NCBI RefSeq assembly: GCF_030684315.1
Contig: NC_081387.1
Location: forward strand, 18,231,309 to 18,295,308
Source: Stegostoma tigrinum
Lineage: Eukaryota
DNA length: 64,000 bases
Direction: 5' to 3'
A program made the position numbers and the translations under genes. The notes under the pieces are model-generated. The model saw only the letters and a list, made by a program, of their open reading frames with translations. It was not told the origin of the DNA and ran no database searches. This document shows positions 24,468-36,000 of the stretch, one piece after another; positions within the stretch are counted from its first letter, which is position 1, and every line of letters begins with the position of its first letter.

Positions 24468-24851
24468 TTTTCATTTACAGAGAAGTTGATGGTGTAATGA
24501 TGACCTCACTGAATCAACAATCCTCAGTACAAAGCTAACATTGTGGCTTCTGGGGACAAAGCCCTCCACAACAGGCTTCCATTTCATGAAAAAAAAACTC
24601 AACGAATGGTGACAACTGAGACATTACTGATTCTTAAGCTCGAAAGTTACTTGCCAGCTCAGAACTAACATCATAAAGGAATTCTAGCATCTTTTACAGG
24701 TCTGTCCCACATGCGACATCAGACCTATAGCCACGTTTTTGGCTCTAAACCGCCTTCTGGTCAATAGATGCCAATCTCATTAATGTCCAAATGAACACAA
24801 TTTATGTGTCTCTGCATGGAAGCCATTTGACAAACTGTGATCTCCAGCATC

Positions 24852-25690
24852 TGAGATAGTAGGACCTGCTGCAGCTGGAGAATCTGTGATAGTAGGGTGC
24901 AGCGCTCGATGAACACAGCAGGCCAAGCAGCATCAGAGGAGCGGTAAAGGTGAGGATTCGGGCCTGGACCCTTCTTCAGAAATGTGGGAGGGAAAGTGGT
25001 TCTGAAATAAATAAGGAGAGAGAGGGAGGTGGATATAAGATGGGTAGAGGAGGAGACAGGTGGCGAGGAGACAGACAGGTCGAAGAGGTGGGGATGGAGC
25101 CAGTAAAGGTGAGTGTAGTTGGGGAGTAATGATGGCTACAGGTCAGTCCAGGGAAGATGGACGGGTCAAAGGGGCAGGAAGTGGTACACCTGCCTCTAGA
25201 CATACCCTCACCCCCATCCCAGGGCCCAAGAAGACTTTATACATCAAGCAGATGTTGACCTGCACATCTGCAATTTTGGTATCCTGTATCCACTGTTCCC
25301 TTTGGGGCCTCCTCTACATCCCGGAAACCAAGCGGAGGCTTTGGAACTGCCATGCTCGGTTCACTCGAAACAACTGCAGTCTCAGTCCCGAACCATTTCA
25401 ACAACCCTCCCATTCCTCAAATGACATGTCCATCCTGGGCCTCCGGCAGTGCCACTACGATGCCACCCGAAGTTTGCAGGAATAGCACCTCATATTTTGC
25501 TTGGGAACTCTGCAGCCCAATGGTATCAATGTGGGTTTCATAAGCTTCAAAATCTCCAGTGCCCCACCACATCCCAAAAGCAGCCCAGCTTGTCCCTGCC
25601 TCCCTATCCTGTCCTTCTTCCTTCTTATCCCCTCCTCCCACCTCAAGCCCCACCACCATCTCCGACCTACTGGCCTCATCCCAACCGCTT
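24852..25690. mobile_element. Penelope-like fragment with inverted structure (reverse terminal part, then forward GIY-YIG part)
   Basis: 24852-25185 is the reverse complement of the terminal region. 25190-25690 encodes KKTLYIKQMLTCTSA..LYIPETKRRL. Confidence 0.8.
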
Positions 25691-28194
25691 AGAGCTGGAC
25701 CTCCTTGGGTTCTCTCATCATCAACCTTAATCTGGGTTTTAAATCATTAATTAAGCACTCAAGCTGAAGTTTAACTTCATTAGATAGCATGTCTGGTCAT
25801 TTTGCTTCAGCCACATGATTTCTCAGAAATATTTATTTGTCTATAAGCTCAATAAATGATTCTCTGACAATTTGTTTCAGCTACTCACCTTCACAGAATA
25901 GAAAACCAAAAACCCAAAATCATTTAGCTCTTCCTTCAAACTCAGTGTGCCCGGATATTAGTGATGCTTCAGCAGCATTCATCACAGGCTGATAAAAAGT
26001 CTCAATCTTGATTTGAAGCAGGAGACACTTTCGAAATAAATAACTGCATGTGCTGGAGATCAGAAACTAAAGCAGAAATCACTGCAGATACTCACCTGGC
26101 TGTATATTGAAAGAGAAAGCACAGGTAACATTTTAGGGCCAGTGACCCTTTTCCAGACAGTTCTTCTAATTTCCACATTAATGCTTGTCCTTGAAATAAT
26201 AAATCCCAAGATTTGTTCTGAATTAGTATCTAAATAGGCTGTTTGGTGTAACTCTATCAATTCAGGACCTGAATTTCTATTCGCAGTGATGAACTAAACA
26301 TGGCAGCAATTCTCTCTTTTAAATCAGCTTCTGATCTGAGTTTTTGTTTGGTGATTGTGTTAGAGAACTGAATTTCCAATTCATCTCCCTTTTCTGAAGA
26401 TTCCTCCACTTCACTTCGAATTCGATTAATCTAACGTGTAGTTGCAAAATCGTCAAGAAGCATCTCAAGTGTTCTAACTTTGACCATTTCATCCTAAGTG
26501 AGTCCAACATATTTGAAACAGCCAGGCCACTTTGAAAGATACAATCAATCAGGTTTTTGTTGCACTATTTCCAGGGTAAATTCACCATTTAATGATTCCC
26601 TCTTTAATTCGTCTCGACATAAAGACATTCGATTGAAGCTGTATGTTCAGCTCAAATTCACATTTGTTCTTCCACCACAGAGGATCAGTGGAATCATCAG
26701 TCAACCTGACCGATGATTTGCTGCTCTGTTCTTTCTTTGCTATCTTGGTTTGGGGAATTAAGAAAGTCCTCTTGTTTGGAAATAAAAATAAAATGCAAAC
26801 CAACCATTCTTCCGATTCTTTGTATCAACTGGTGAGGGAGAACATGCCCTGTGCAACACACTTGTGATTTTAATGCCCATTTCCTTCCTACATACGCAGT
26901 TTTTGGACAATCCACTGTCTGTCCCACAACTGCAATTGGTGTCCCACTTAAAAACTAACAATCAGTTTCTGTAAAACCAGCATTATTTCAACGGATCCAA
27001 TCCTTTGTATCATTTTAAGTCCGGGACTTTCAGCTTGATGACTTTTGCATCTGTCCATTTGCTCTCTAAAACTCGCTCAATTCCCAGATATTCTATACCT
27101 CCAATCTCCTTCTGATTTCCCACAAGACCAAATACCCACATCCCCTCCCTGTGAGACAACACAGGCATCTGCCAAAACTGCAGCTTTTTGGATTTTTGAA
27201 ACGTGAAATGACACTTGAGAAAGCAGGCTCAGAGGGGATATTTCCTCATGTGAGGCAATCTTGATCTATCACGGTTTTCTCGCAGAAGTGACAGCAGGAT
27301 GAAACCATGGTTGAGGAGAAATTTATTCCAGCAAGGGTCACCATTCTGTAGAGTATACAGAGGATGCTGGAGCATTGAGTCAATTTACAGAATGGGTGGA
27401 CAGACTTTTATTTCATAACGGCTTAAAGTGTTATGTTCTTCCTGGTGCCTAAGGAAAAATGCAAAGTTCGATGATATGTTGACAGTTATGGACTTTATCA
27501 GACTTTCATTCTAAATTACACCAGTGCAGTGGCTCCTTACAGAAATGTATGAAAGAAAGGAAAGAAATATTTGAATGAACATCGGAGTGGTGGAGGGATA
27601 TTTTGCTCCTTGTGCAGAGATTTCTTGGGAAAAAGACGTTTTGCTGGAGGTTCAAATTTCAGGTGTACGCTGATGAGAACAATTTTCATCGACAATGTTG
27701 GCAGCGAATATGAATTAAACTAATGTGAGATAAAATGCCCTGATTTAAACATATTTGAATAAAATGACAAACAGTTTAATTTGTATATGTATATATAATA
27801 ATCCGCATGGTGTACAGCATAGAAACCATGACAGAAAGATCTTCCTACTGGAAAATAAAAAATGCCTCTTTTAGAATGCGTTTTCATTTGTCACTAAATG
27901 TACATACTAAAGGTAGGAAGAGAAGGGCAATGTTTGAAAGAGGAAACTTTGGCTAATGTCGCACAGTTGCAGGATTTCGCTCTCTGGGCTCCAAAGCCTG
28001 GGTTGTAATTCCACTTTCTTCAGATCCATGTCGCGGCAAAGGTTGATTGAAAAGGGTGAAACGTGATTCTTTAAATCTACCTTCTGGACTACATTATGCT
28101 CCGCACCCGATGAGGGTCAGGCCAAGAAAATCGGATCTCTCGTGGCTCTCTCAGAAGCCAGATCTGTCGAGCATGAAAGACACTGGCCAGGTTC

Positions 28195-28376
28195 TTTGGG
28201 TATCACAGAGTTCATTCTAAATACTGCTCAATGCTGAGACATATTAGCTTGTTTTTTTTCAAAATGTTAAGCCTAGTGAGATCTGTTCACGCTCCGCCGA
28301 GACCATGCGCTTGTGTATAAATCGAGCTCGATTCAACATATTGCCTCATTTTGCCTGCTCTTGTTTTCAGCTGAAA
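28195..28376 (+). promoter_or_regulatory. Putative core promoter of GPCR gene 3
   Basis: TATAAAT at 28316 (61 nt before ATG), Inr-like TCATTTT ~30 nt downstream, conserved atcacag..taaatactgctcaa block. Confidence 0.55.
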
Positions 28377-29940
28377 ATGCGATCACAAGAGCTTCCAATA
28401 GAAATTCTCTATCCCATGCTTGTAATCTTTGGAATTCCTGGTAAGTAACGAGGAGAGACTGTAACATTTTTCTGACCTGTTTTATTTTGAATTTCTTCTC
28501 TTCAATTTGTCCGAACGCCCCCAAAAGGATGTCCTGCTGATTGCGGAGTTCGCCCGTTCCTCATTCCATCGGTTTTGCTCTGAGCTCAGCTAGTCCTGTC
28601 CCAGCTAACTTTGTTGGAAGAAAATATTTTTAAACTCAGTAAAAAAAAACAGAAGAATTGAACAAATATTTTGCATCACATTTTGTTACAGACGATACTT
28701 TGAACATTCCATTAATTGTAAAGAATGTAGTTGAGGAATTAAGACCTTTCACCATCACTGAGGAAAGGGTATTTGGTAAACTAGTGGGGTTAAAGTTGCT
28801 TCCTGCTGTGATGGCTTACAACCCCGGATTGTAAAACAGGTCGCTACACAGGTCGCGGATGCTATCTCTGTAATTTACAAAAGTCCTTGGATATTGGAGA
28901 AATGCCAGAGATTTGGAAAACTGACAATGTGAAACTCCTATTAAAAAAAAAGCGAGGCAAATTATCTGTGACAAACTCTATTGTTGAAAAAGGATTGGAA
29001 TTAATTAATAAGAGTAGGATAGAGAACATTGAGAAAATATTCTTCTCATCAAACAAAGTCAGTACAGCTTCATGAAGTGGAATTGTGTCTGACTAATTTA
29101 TGTGAATTCTTTGCAGAAGTCTCAACTAAAATGCATAGAAGGGAATCAATGGATGTGTTGTATTGGTTTTTGAGAAGGCGTTCAGTAAGGTACCTCACAA
29201 AAGATTGTGCCATTAGATCAAAACTCATGGTGATGGAGGTTTCTTCTTGGGACCCATGACCTGTGGGGTTCCGCTGGGATCAGTGGTGGTATTGTTACTC
29301 TCTACAATATATATTCAATGCTTGGAGGAAGGGAGTGAATGTACTGCAGCTGAATTAGCAGATGTCACCAAATACAGAGGCAAAGGTACATTGTGAGACG
29401 GATGTCAGTCGTTTACAGAGAGATATTGGCAAGTCAAGTAAGTGGTCAAAAAGTTGCTAAATGGTGTATAATTGTGGGAAAATATAAATTCATTCATTTT
29501 GGACGGTAGAACAAAAGAACAGATTTACTTAAATGGTGAAAAGCTGCAGAAAGCTGAAACACAAAGGTACGTGGAGAATGAGCACAAAAAAAAGAAAGCT
29601 AGCATACAGGTACAGCCAGTAATCAGTAAGGCACCTGGAATGTTAGCCTCTTATTTCAAGGGAGTTGAAGTGTAAAAGTAGGGAAGTCTTACTGCAAATG
29701 TATAATGGTGGGAATGAGATCACAGCTGGAGTACTGTGAGCAGTTTCGGTCTGTTATTGAAGGAAAGTAAAGTTCAGAGAAGGATCATCAGAAGGATGAT
29801 CACAGGCAGCGGGGGACTGCCGTGTGCACAGCAATTAAAGTTTGAGCCTCAACACACTGGAGTTTGGAACAGTGAGAGGAGATGTCATTTAGACGTATAG
29901 ATTTCTTAACGGGATCAACAGGATACATGCTGAGAGGACG

Positions 29941-30133
29941 AAGTGTGGAGCTGGATGGACACAGCAGTCCAAGCAGCATCTCAGGAACACAAAAGCTGAT
30001 GTTTCAGGCCGAGACCTGAGGCCCAAAACATCAGTGTTTATGATCCTGAGATGCTGCTTGGCCTGCTGTGTTCATCCAGCTCCACACTTAGTTATCTTGG
30101 GTTCTGCAGCATCTGCAGTTCCCATTATCACAA
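29941..30133. mobile_element. Fold-back Penelope-derived mini-insertion with 14-bp TSD
   Basis: TSD ATGCTGAGAGGACG at 29927-29940 and 30134-30147. 29941-30010 is an inverted copy of ~30022-30089. Confidence 0.85.
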
Positions 30134-30191
30134 ATGCTGAGAGGACGTTTCCACGAATGGGACAGCCTTTTGATTGTTTCTGCTTTGTCCT

Positions 30192-30470
30192 AGAACATAG
30201 AACATAGAACAGTACAGCACACAACAGGCCCTTCAGCCCACAATGTTGTGCCGACCATTGATCCTCATGTAAGCACCCTCAAATTTCTGTGACCATATAC
30301 ATGTCCAGCAGTCTCTTAAATGACCCCAATGGCCTTGCTTCCACAACTGCTGCTGGCAACGCATTCCATGCTCTCACAACTCTCTGCGTAAAGAACCTGC
30401 CTCTGACATCCCCTCTATACTTTCCACCAACCAGCTTAAAACTATGACCCCTCGTGCTAGCCATTTCTGC
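30192..30470 (-). mobile_element. 5'-truncated CR1, same young family as 18582-22686
   Basis: Near-identical to 18582-18862, including the (TTCTATG)n tail. CCT at both junctions. Confidence 0.9.
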
Positions 30471-30721
30471 CCTGAAGATGAGAGCACAGTGTTGTAGAGC
30501 CAGCCCCCATTACACTCACAGAAAGACAATTCTGCAAAATAACCACCTTCCGGAAGAATAGAAATGTCCTTATTTCTGAAATGAAAAGGGAAACAGTTCA
30601 TTCCTATATAGTATCTCCTTGTTTTTGCTCCCTCTCAAGAAGAAACTACTTCCTTGCGTTCCATTTTATCTCATCTCCACAAGATCTGATCTGTTTTAAT
30701 GAAACCACCTCACATTCTTCT

Positions 30722-30942
30722 GGTACAAAACCAAAGTTGTTGGAAAAGCTCAGCAGCTCTGGCAGCATATCTGAAGGGAAAAATAGAGTTCACGTTTTGG
30801 ATCCAATGGCCCTTCCTCAGAACGTCACCAGGCCTGAAACACGAACTCGTTTTTTCTTTCGCAGATGCTGCCCAGCCGGATGAACTTTTCCAGCAACTTT
30901 GTCTTTGTTCCTGATTTACAGCATCTGCAGTCCTGTCATTTT
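30722..30942. mobile_element. Second fold-back mini-insertion (different family, probably Penelope-derived) with 12-bp TSD
   Basis: TSD TCACATTCTTCT at 30710-30721 and 30943-30954. Arms caaagttgttggaaaag... and ...cttttccagcaactttg. Ends in cagcatctgcagt. Confidence 0.75.
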
Positions 30943-32587
30943 TCACATTCTTCTCAACTCGAAAGAGCTTAATCCCAGGACTCAGGCAAGTGAATCCTCA
31001 CCAGGTTGCTCCTCAGGCAATAATATTTCTTTACTGGAAATAGTGTAACCACGTGGTGCAATGTGACAAACAAGTGGATGTACTGATCATGGAATCCCAT
31101 TCTGTATCATTTCCATGGCAGAGACAAAGTGTTAGCAATGAGATTACACTGTTTCCCATCGTTGTTCAAGTCTGGAATTTCCAGCAACACCATACAGTGT
31201 TGTTATTCCTCCCTTTGGAATCCCATACTTCATCTGTCTGCGTCTCTGATGGATACTTTGATACATCTCACGATCTGATTTTTTTTTTCAGTGAACCTGA
31301 GGACAGAGTTGATTCTTTCCCAAGGGAAGTGCGGCCTTTCCAAAGGAATCACTTCCTACATTAGAGCCATGGCAATGGCAGATCTGATAGTCCTTTTCTT
31401 CAATGTGATTGTGGGTCAAATCATCAGGCATCACTTCTCAAGCTCGCTGTTGAGCTACACTCCCATCTGCCGGCTTGATGCTTTCCTGCAAGGACTGAGC
31501 CTGCAAGTCTCCATCTGGTTCACCATAGTCTTCACTTTTGAGCGCTTTGTTGCAATTTGCTGCAACAGACTGAAGACAAGGTACTGCACTAAAAGAACTG
31601 CTACAGTGGTCATATCCATTGTGAGAGCTCTTAACATTTTGGTCAACATTCCCTTGCCTTTTCTGCATCAGCCCCATTACATCGTGAATAATGTACAGTG
31701 GGGCTGCCGCACTGTTGCCGATTATCACACTTCACCAGTCTGGGCAGCTCGCCGGATGATCAACATCTCAAACTCATTTCTTCCTATTCCTCTGCTGCTG
31801 CTGTTGAATTCTCTCACCACCCAACATATTATAGTGGCCAGCAGAGCTCACTGGGCCCTGAAGAGCTGTAGCAGTGTGACTGGAGAGAAAGGGAAAGATC
31901 CCGAGCTGAAGAGTAGGAAGACCTCCATCATTCTGCTCTTTGTCATCTCCGCCTTCCTTGTGGTCCTGTCGGCTCCCATCACAATCCTTCACAGCTGTAT
32001 TGGCTTTCCCCAGGTGGTGGATTAGCAAGGTTCAACCTCACGCTATTTAGCACTCAGGGTGACGCCCTGCTGTTGTGCACCAGCACTTGCACAAACACTT
32101 GTATTTACACATTGCTCCAGAGGAGATTCAGAGAACAGATGAAGAATGCGATAAAATCTCACTACTCACTGCTCTGCAAGCGCTGATGGCCAAGGTGACT
32201 AGTGATGTAATGATAACGTTCCCGAGTCACTGATCCAGACATTGTCCTGGGATTCAAGGTGAAATTACACCATGCCAAGTGGAGAAATTTCCATTCAATA
32301 AAAACCGATCCACAGGGTGACATTTTGCCAATAGTAATTGTCAAATCTCTCCACATAATGGAAAATATGCATTCTTAATGCGCCTTTTTGAAAATAATTC
32401 TCAGCGCCACACATATTATGGTTTTAACAGACCATGCGGTTTCTGAATTTCCCAAATGATTTGAACAATTTGAAATCGGGGGAGAAAACCTGTCAGATAT
32501 AGATGTGGAGATTAGGATGATTCATTTCAGTGGCAATGAACATACCTATGATCCTGAAGGAGTGGGCTGAATACCGATTTGCTTCAC

Positions 32588-34213
32588 CTATGCCTGCCTC
32601 TTTGTAGGTTACGTGGAACAGTCCATCTTCCGCACCTACACAGGCCCCAAACCCCGCCTCTTCCTTCGGTACATTGATGACTGCATCGGCGCCGCCTCTT
32701 GCTCCCCAGAGGAGCTCGAACAGTTCATCCACTTCACCAACACCTTCCACCCCAACCTTCAGTTCACCTGGGCCATCTCCAGCACATCCCTCACCTTCCT
32801 GGACCTCTCAGTCTCCATCTCAGGCAACCAGCTTGTAACTGATGTCCATTTCAAGCCCACCGACTCCCACAGCTACCTAGAATACACCTCCTCCCACCCA
32901 CCCTCCTGCAAAAGTTCCATCCCCTATTCCCAATTCCTCCGCCTCCGCCGCATCTGCTCCCACGATAAGACATTCCACTCCCGCACATCCTAGATGTCCA
33001 AGTTCTTTAAGGACCGCAACTTTCCCCCCACGGTGATTGAGAACGCCCTTGACCGCGTCTCCCGCATTTCCCGCGACACATCCCTCACACCCCGCCCCCG
33101 CCACAACCGCCCCAAGAGGATCCCCCTCGTTCTCACACACCACCATACAAACCTCCGGATACAACGCATTATCCTCCGACACTTCCGCCATTTACAATCC
33201 GACCCCACCACCCAAGACATTTTTCCATCCCCACCCCTGTCTGCTTTCCGGAGAGACCACTCTCTCCGTGACTCCCTTGTTCGCTCCACACTGCCCTCCA
33301 ACCCCACCACACCCGGCACCTTCCCCTGCAACCGCAGGAAATGCTACACTTGTCCCCACACCTCCTCCCTCACCCCCATCCCAGGCCCCAAGATGACATT
33401 CCACATTAAGCAGAGGTTCACCTGCACATCTGCCAATGTGGTATACTGCATCCACTGTACCCGGTGTGGCTTTCTCTACATTGGGGAAACCAAGCGGAGG
33501 CTTGGGGACCGCTTTGCAGAACACCTCCGCTCAGTTCGCAACAAACAACTGCACCTCCCAGTCGCAAACCATTTCCACTCCCCCTCCCATTCTCTTGATG
33601 ACATGTCCATCATGGGCCTCCTGTACTGCCACAATGATGCCACCCGAAGGTTGCAGGAACAGCAACTCATATTCCGCCTGGGAACCCTGCAGCCATATGG
33701 TATCAATGTGGACTTCACCAGTTTCAAAATCTCCCCTTCCCCCACTGCATCCCTAAACCAGCCCAGTTCATCCCCTCCCCCCACTGCACCACACAACCAG
33801 CCCAGCTCTTCCCCCCCACCCACTGCATCCCAAAACCAGTCCAACCTGTCTCTGCCTCCCTAACCGGTTCTTCCTCTCACCCATCCCTTCCTCCCACCCC
33901 AAGCCGCACCCCCAGCTACCTACTAACCTCATCCCACCTCCTTGACCTGTCCGTCTTCCCTGGACTGACCTATCCCCTCCCTACCTCCCCACCTACACCC
34001 TCTCCACCTATCTTCTTTACTCTCCATCTTCGGTCCGCCTCCCCCTCTCTCCCTATTTATTCCAGTTCCCTCCCCCCATCCCCCTCTCTGATGAAGGGTC
34101 TAGGCCCGAAACGTCAGCTTTTGTGCTCCTGAGATGCTGCTTGGCCTGCTGTGTTCATCCAGCCTCACATTTTGTTGTCTTGGAATCTCCAGCATCTGCA
34201 GTTCCCATTATCT
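32588..34213 (+). mobile_element. Young 5'-truncated Penelope-like element (RT C-terminus, GIY-YIG endonuclease, terminal region)
   Basis: YACLFVGY, FLRYIDDCIG, VVYCIHCTRCGFLYIGETKRRLGDRFAEH. One in-frame TAG (32991-32993). TSD CCGATTTGCTTCAC at 32574-32587 and 34214-34227. Confidence 0.95.
34085..34118 (+). ncRNA. Minimal type I hammerhead ribozyme motif
   Basis: CTGATGA-AGGGTCTAGGCCC-GAAAC-GTC: intact catalytic core, stem II and palindromic ACGT stem III, as described for Penelope-like elements. Confidence 0.75.
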
Positions 34214-34899
34214 CCGATTTGCTTCACAGTTGTGTTAGAGCACATCTGCATCGATATATCATTATACATCGTTAAAGTATCGATAAATGTTCAGTCTTAG
34301 AATAAATCTGCAACAGACATTGGAGGAACCGAATTGCAGAATTTGATGTTTTCAGAAATACATTGACAGGGTGGATGTAATACTGAGTGCGTAGAAGAGA
34401 TTCAATGGAGTAATAACAGATGCAAATTCATGTCACGATAAGCAGGTCCTAACACATTTGTTCTTGAATTCAAAGAAAGCCAATTGTACAGATTTGAAAA
34501 GAATGCTCAGTTACGTTGGTTTAGAAACTGTCCTGCAGGTTGTGGCAGCAAATAAACCTTGGAAAATATTTAATGAAATAATCGACAAATCAGTGACGTG
34601 GAAATGTGAGTTGAATGTGACTCTCCACGATGTCCAGGCTCCATTTTTCTAACAGTGAAAATAAAGAACTTGAGCTAAATTTGACTTAATAGTGCTCAGG
34701 GGGGAAGCCCTCTGCTGGATGTGCATGGTACAAGTTGGTTCTGGTTTTTGGAGGTCGGTCATCTCAGCTCCAGGACTTTTCTGCAGGAAATCCTCAGTCG
34801 AGTGGTAAGATTTGTGCTACACAAATTCTAGGTAATGATTATTTGACCTTCTGATATCTAAGCAGGGGAATTGTCATGTGACCTTGTGACTCAGTAGAG

Positions 34900-36000
34900 A
34901 GGACAGGATCAGCCATCGCTGTGTTTTTATTTTGGAAAGTATCTGAAACTGAGGTAGAGGTCAGGGGAAAAATTCATGGCACAAAAAGAAATCTGTTTAT
35001 CAAGCTTCTGAGTGAAAGTCTGAAGAACTGTCAGTGGTTCGCATTTCATTATTATTTCCTGTTGAACGTATCCGATGCTGACATAGTGATTGGGAAAGTT
35101 TCGACAGAAAGGGCGGTAGATGCTGCTTGAACAGTAAGATTCAGAAGGGCAGATAAAGAGAGAGACTTGACTCCAGCGATGATGTTCTAAACATGGCAAT
35201 GTTTCAAAGAGCTTCTTCAAATGCAATGTGTTGAAATGACCCCATCTCCGTGCTCCAATTTGAAAACAAAACGTGGATGTCTACTGGAAAGTATGAAATT
35301 AAAATCCTGGATTTGAATAACCCTCAAGCAGGACCAATGTCAACATGCGGAACTTCAATTTGTTTTGCAACTTGAATTGTGGTCAGTTGGCTGGATAACA
35401 GCTGCGTGTGGCCAACCGTGTCAATTCAGTTCCCACAACCAGTTGAGACGATCTTGAAAGAGTTTTACTCATTAATCTCTGCTCGTTCCTGATTTGTGGT
35501 GATCCTCAGCTCAAACTCACGACCAAGTCTTTTTTTCTGTCTGTAACAAGAGATGGGAATATGCTGTCTTCACTACAATTTGAACTGTCACATGTCATCG
35601 TGCATTTCAGTTGATGATTATGAGTAAAAATCTTTGACAAGATGTTTCTTTTTACAGCCACAAACAAGAGACAATTTCAATCGTTTTTATTGGAAAGAAA
35701 TGAAACACTCTGAAGTTCTCAATGTGGAAAAAGTGTTGCAGTTGGTATGTGTTGCTGACTGGGAGTGTCACTGCATCTGTCCCAGCCTTTTGAGGCTAAA
35801 GTTGCAATTCCCACTCTAGGCCGTAAAGGCTAATAATGGTGAGCTCTGAAGGTGCCCAAACAGCTTGATTATCAGTCTGTTTATCCTTCTGACAAATGCC
35901 AACAGCAGTTATTCCGGTTCGGAGCTGCTCCCATATCAGCTGAAGCGTCAGCCACCCCGTCCTTTGCTGCAAACAACAACAAGCCTGGGCAAACTTATAG
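34900..36000 (+). repeat. Old local duplication of the spacer (paralog ~39780-40900; partly also 250-388/1191-1320)
   Basis: Shared tgacatagtgattgggaaagttt, caatgtttcaaagagctt, cctcagctcaaactca, ggtgagctctgaaggtg. Confidence 0.7.

Larger units (their letters stand above)
28377..32186 (+). pseudogene. GPR139-like GPCR pseudogene (exon 1 28377-28440, exon 2 31292-32186)
   Basis: Exon 1 MRSQELPIEILYPMLVIFGIP|GTAAGT, acceptor ttttcag|TGAAC. TAG at 32023-32025 before TM7, then a 1-nt frameshift near 32063. TM7 remnant CTNTCIYTLLQRRFREQ runs to TGA at 32186. Confidence 0.88.
12602..32200 (+). repeat. Segmental duplication copy 1 of a two-gene GPCR block (copy 2 at ~44085-61700)
   Basis: Colinear similarity: 12602~44085, 14400~45920, 16821~48304, 23566~50988, 25692~56054, 28377~61261. 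Copies differ by TE insertions and deletions. Confidence 0.85.

Noticed and set aside
33740-33850. Three ~36-nt tandem repeats (ccccactgca..aaccagcccag)
   Set aside because: Internal to the Penelope element, with no unique spacers. Not a CRISPR array.
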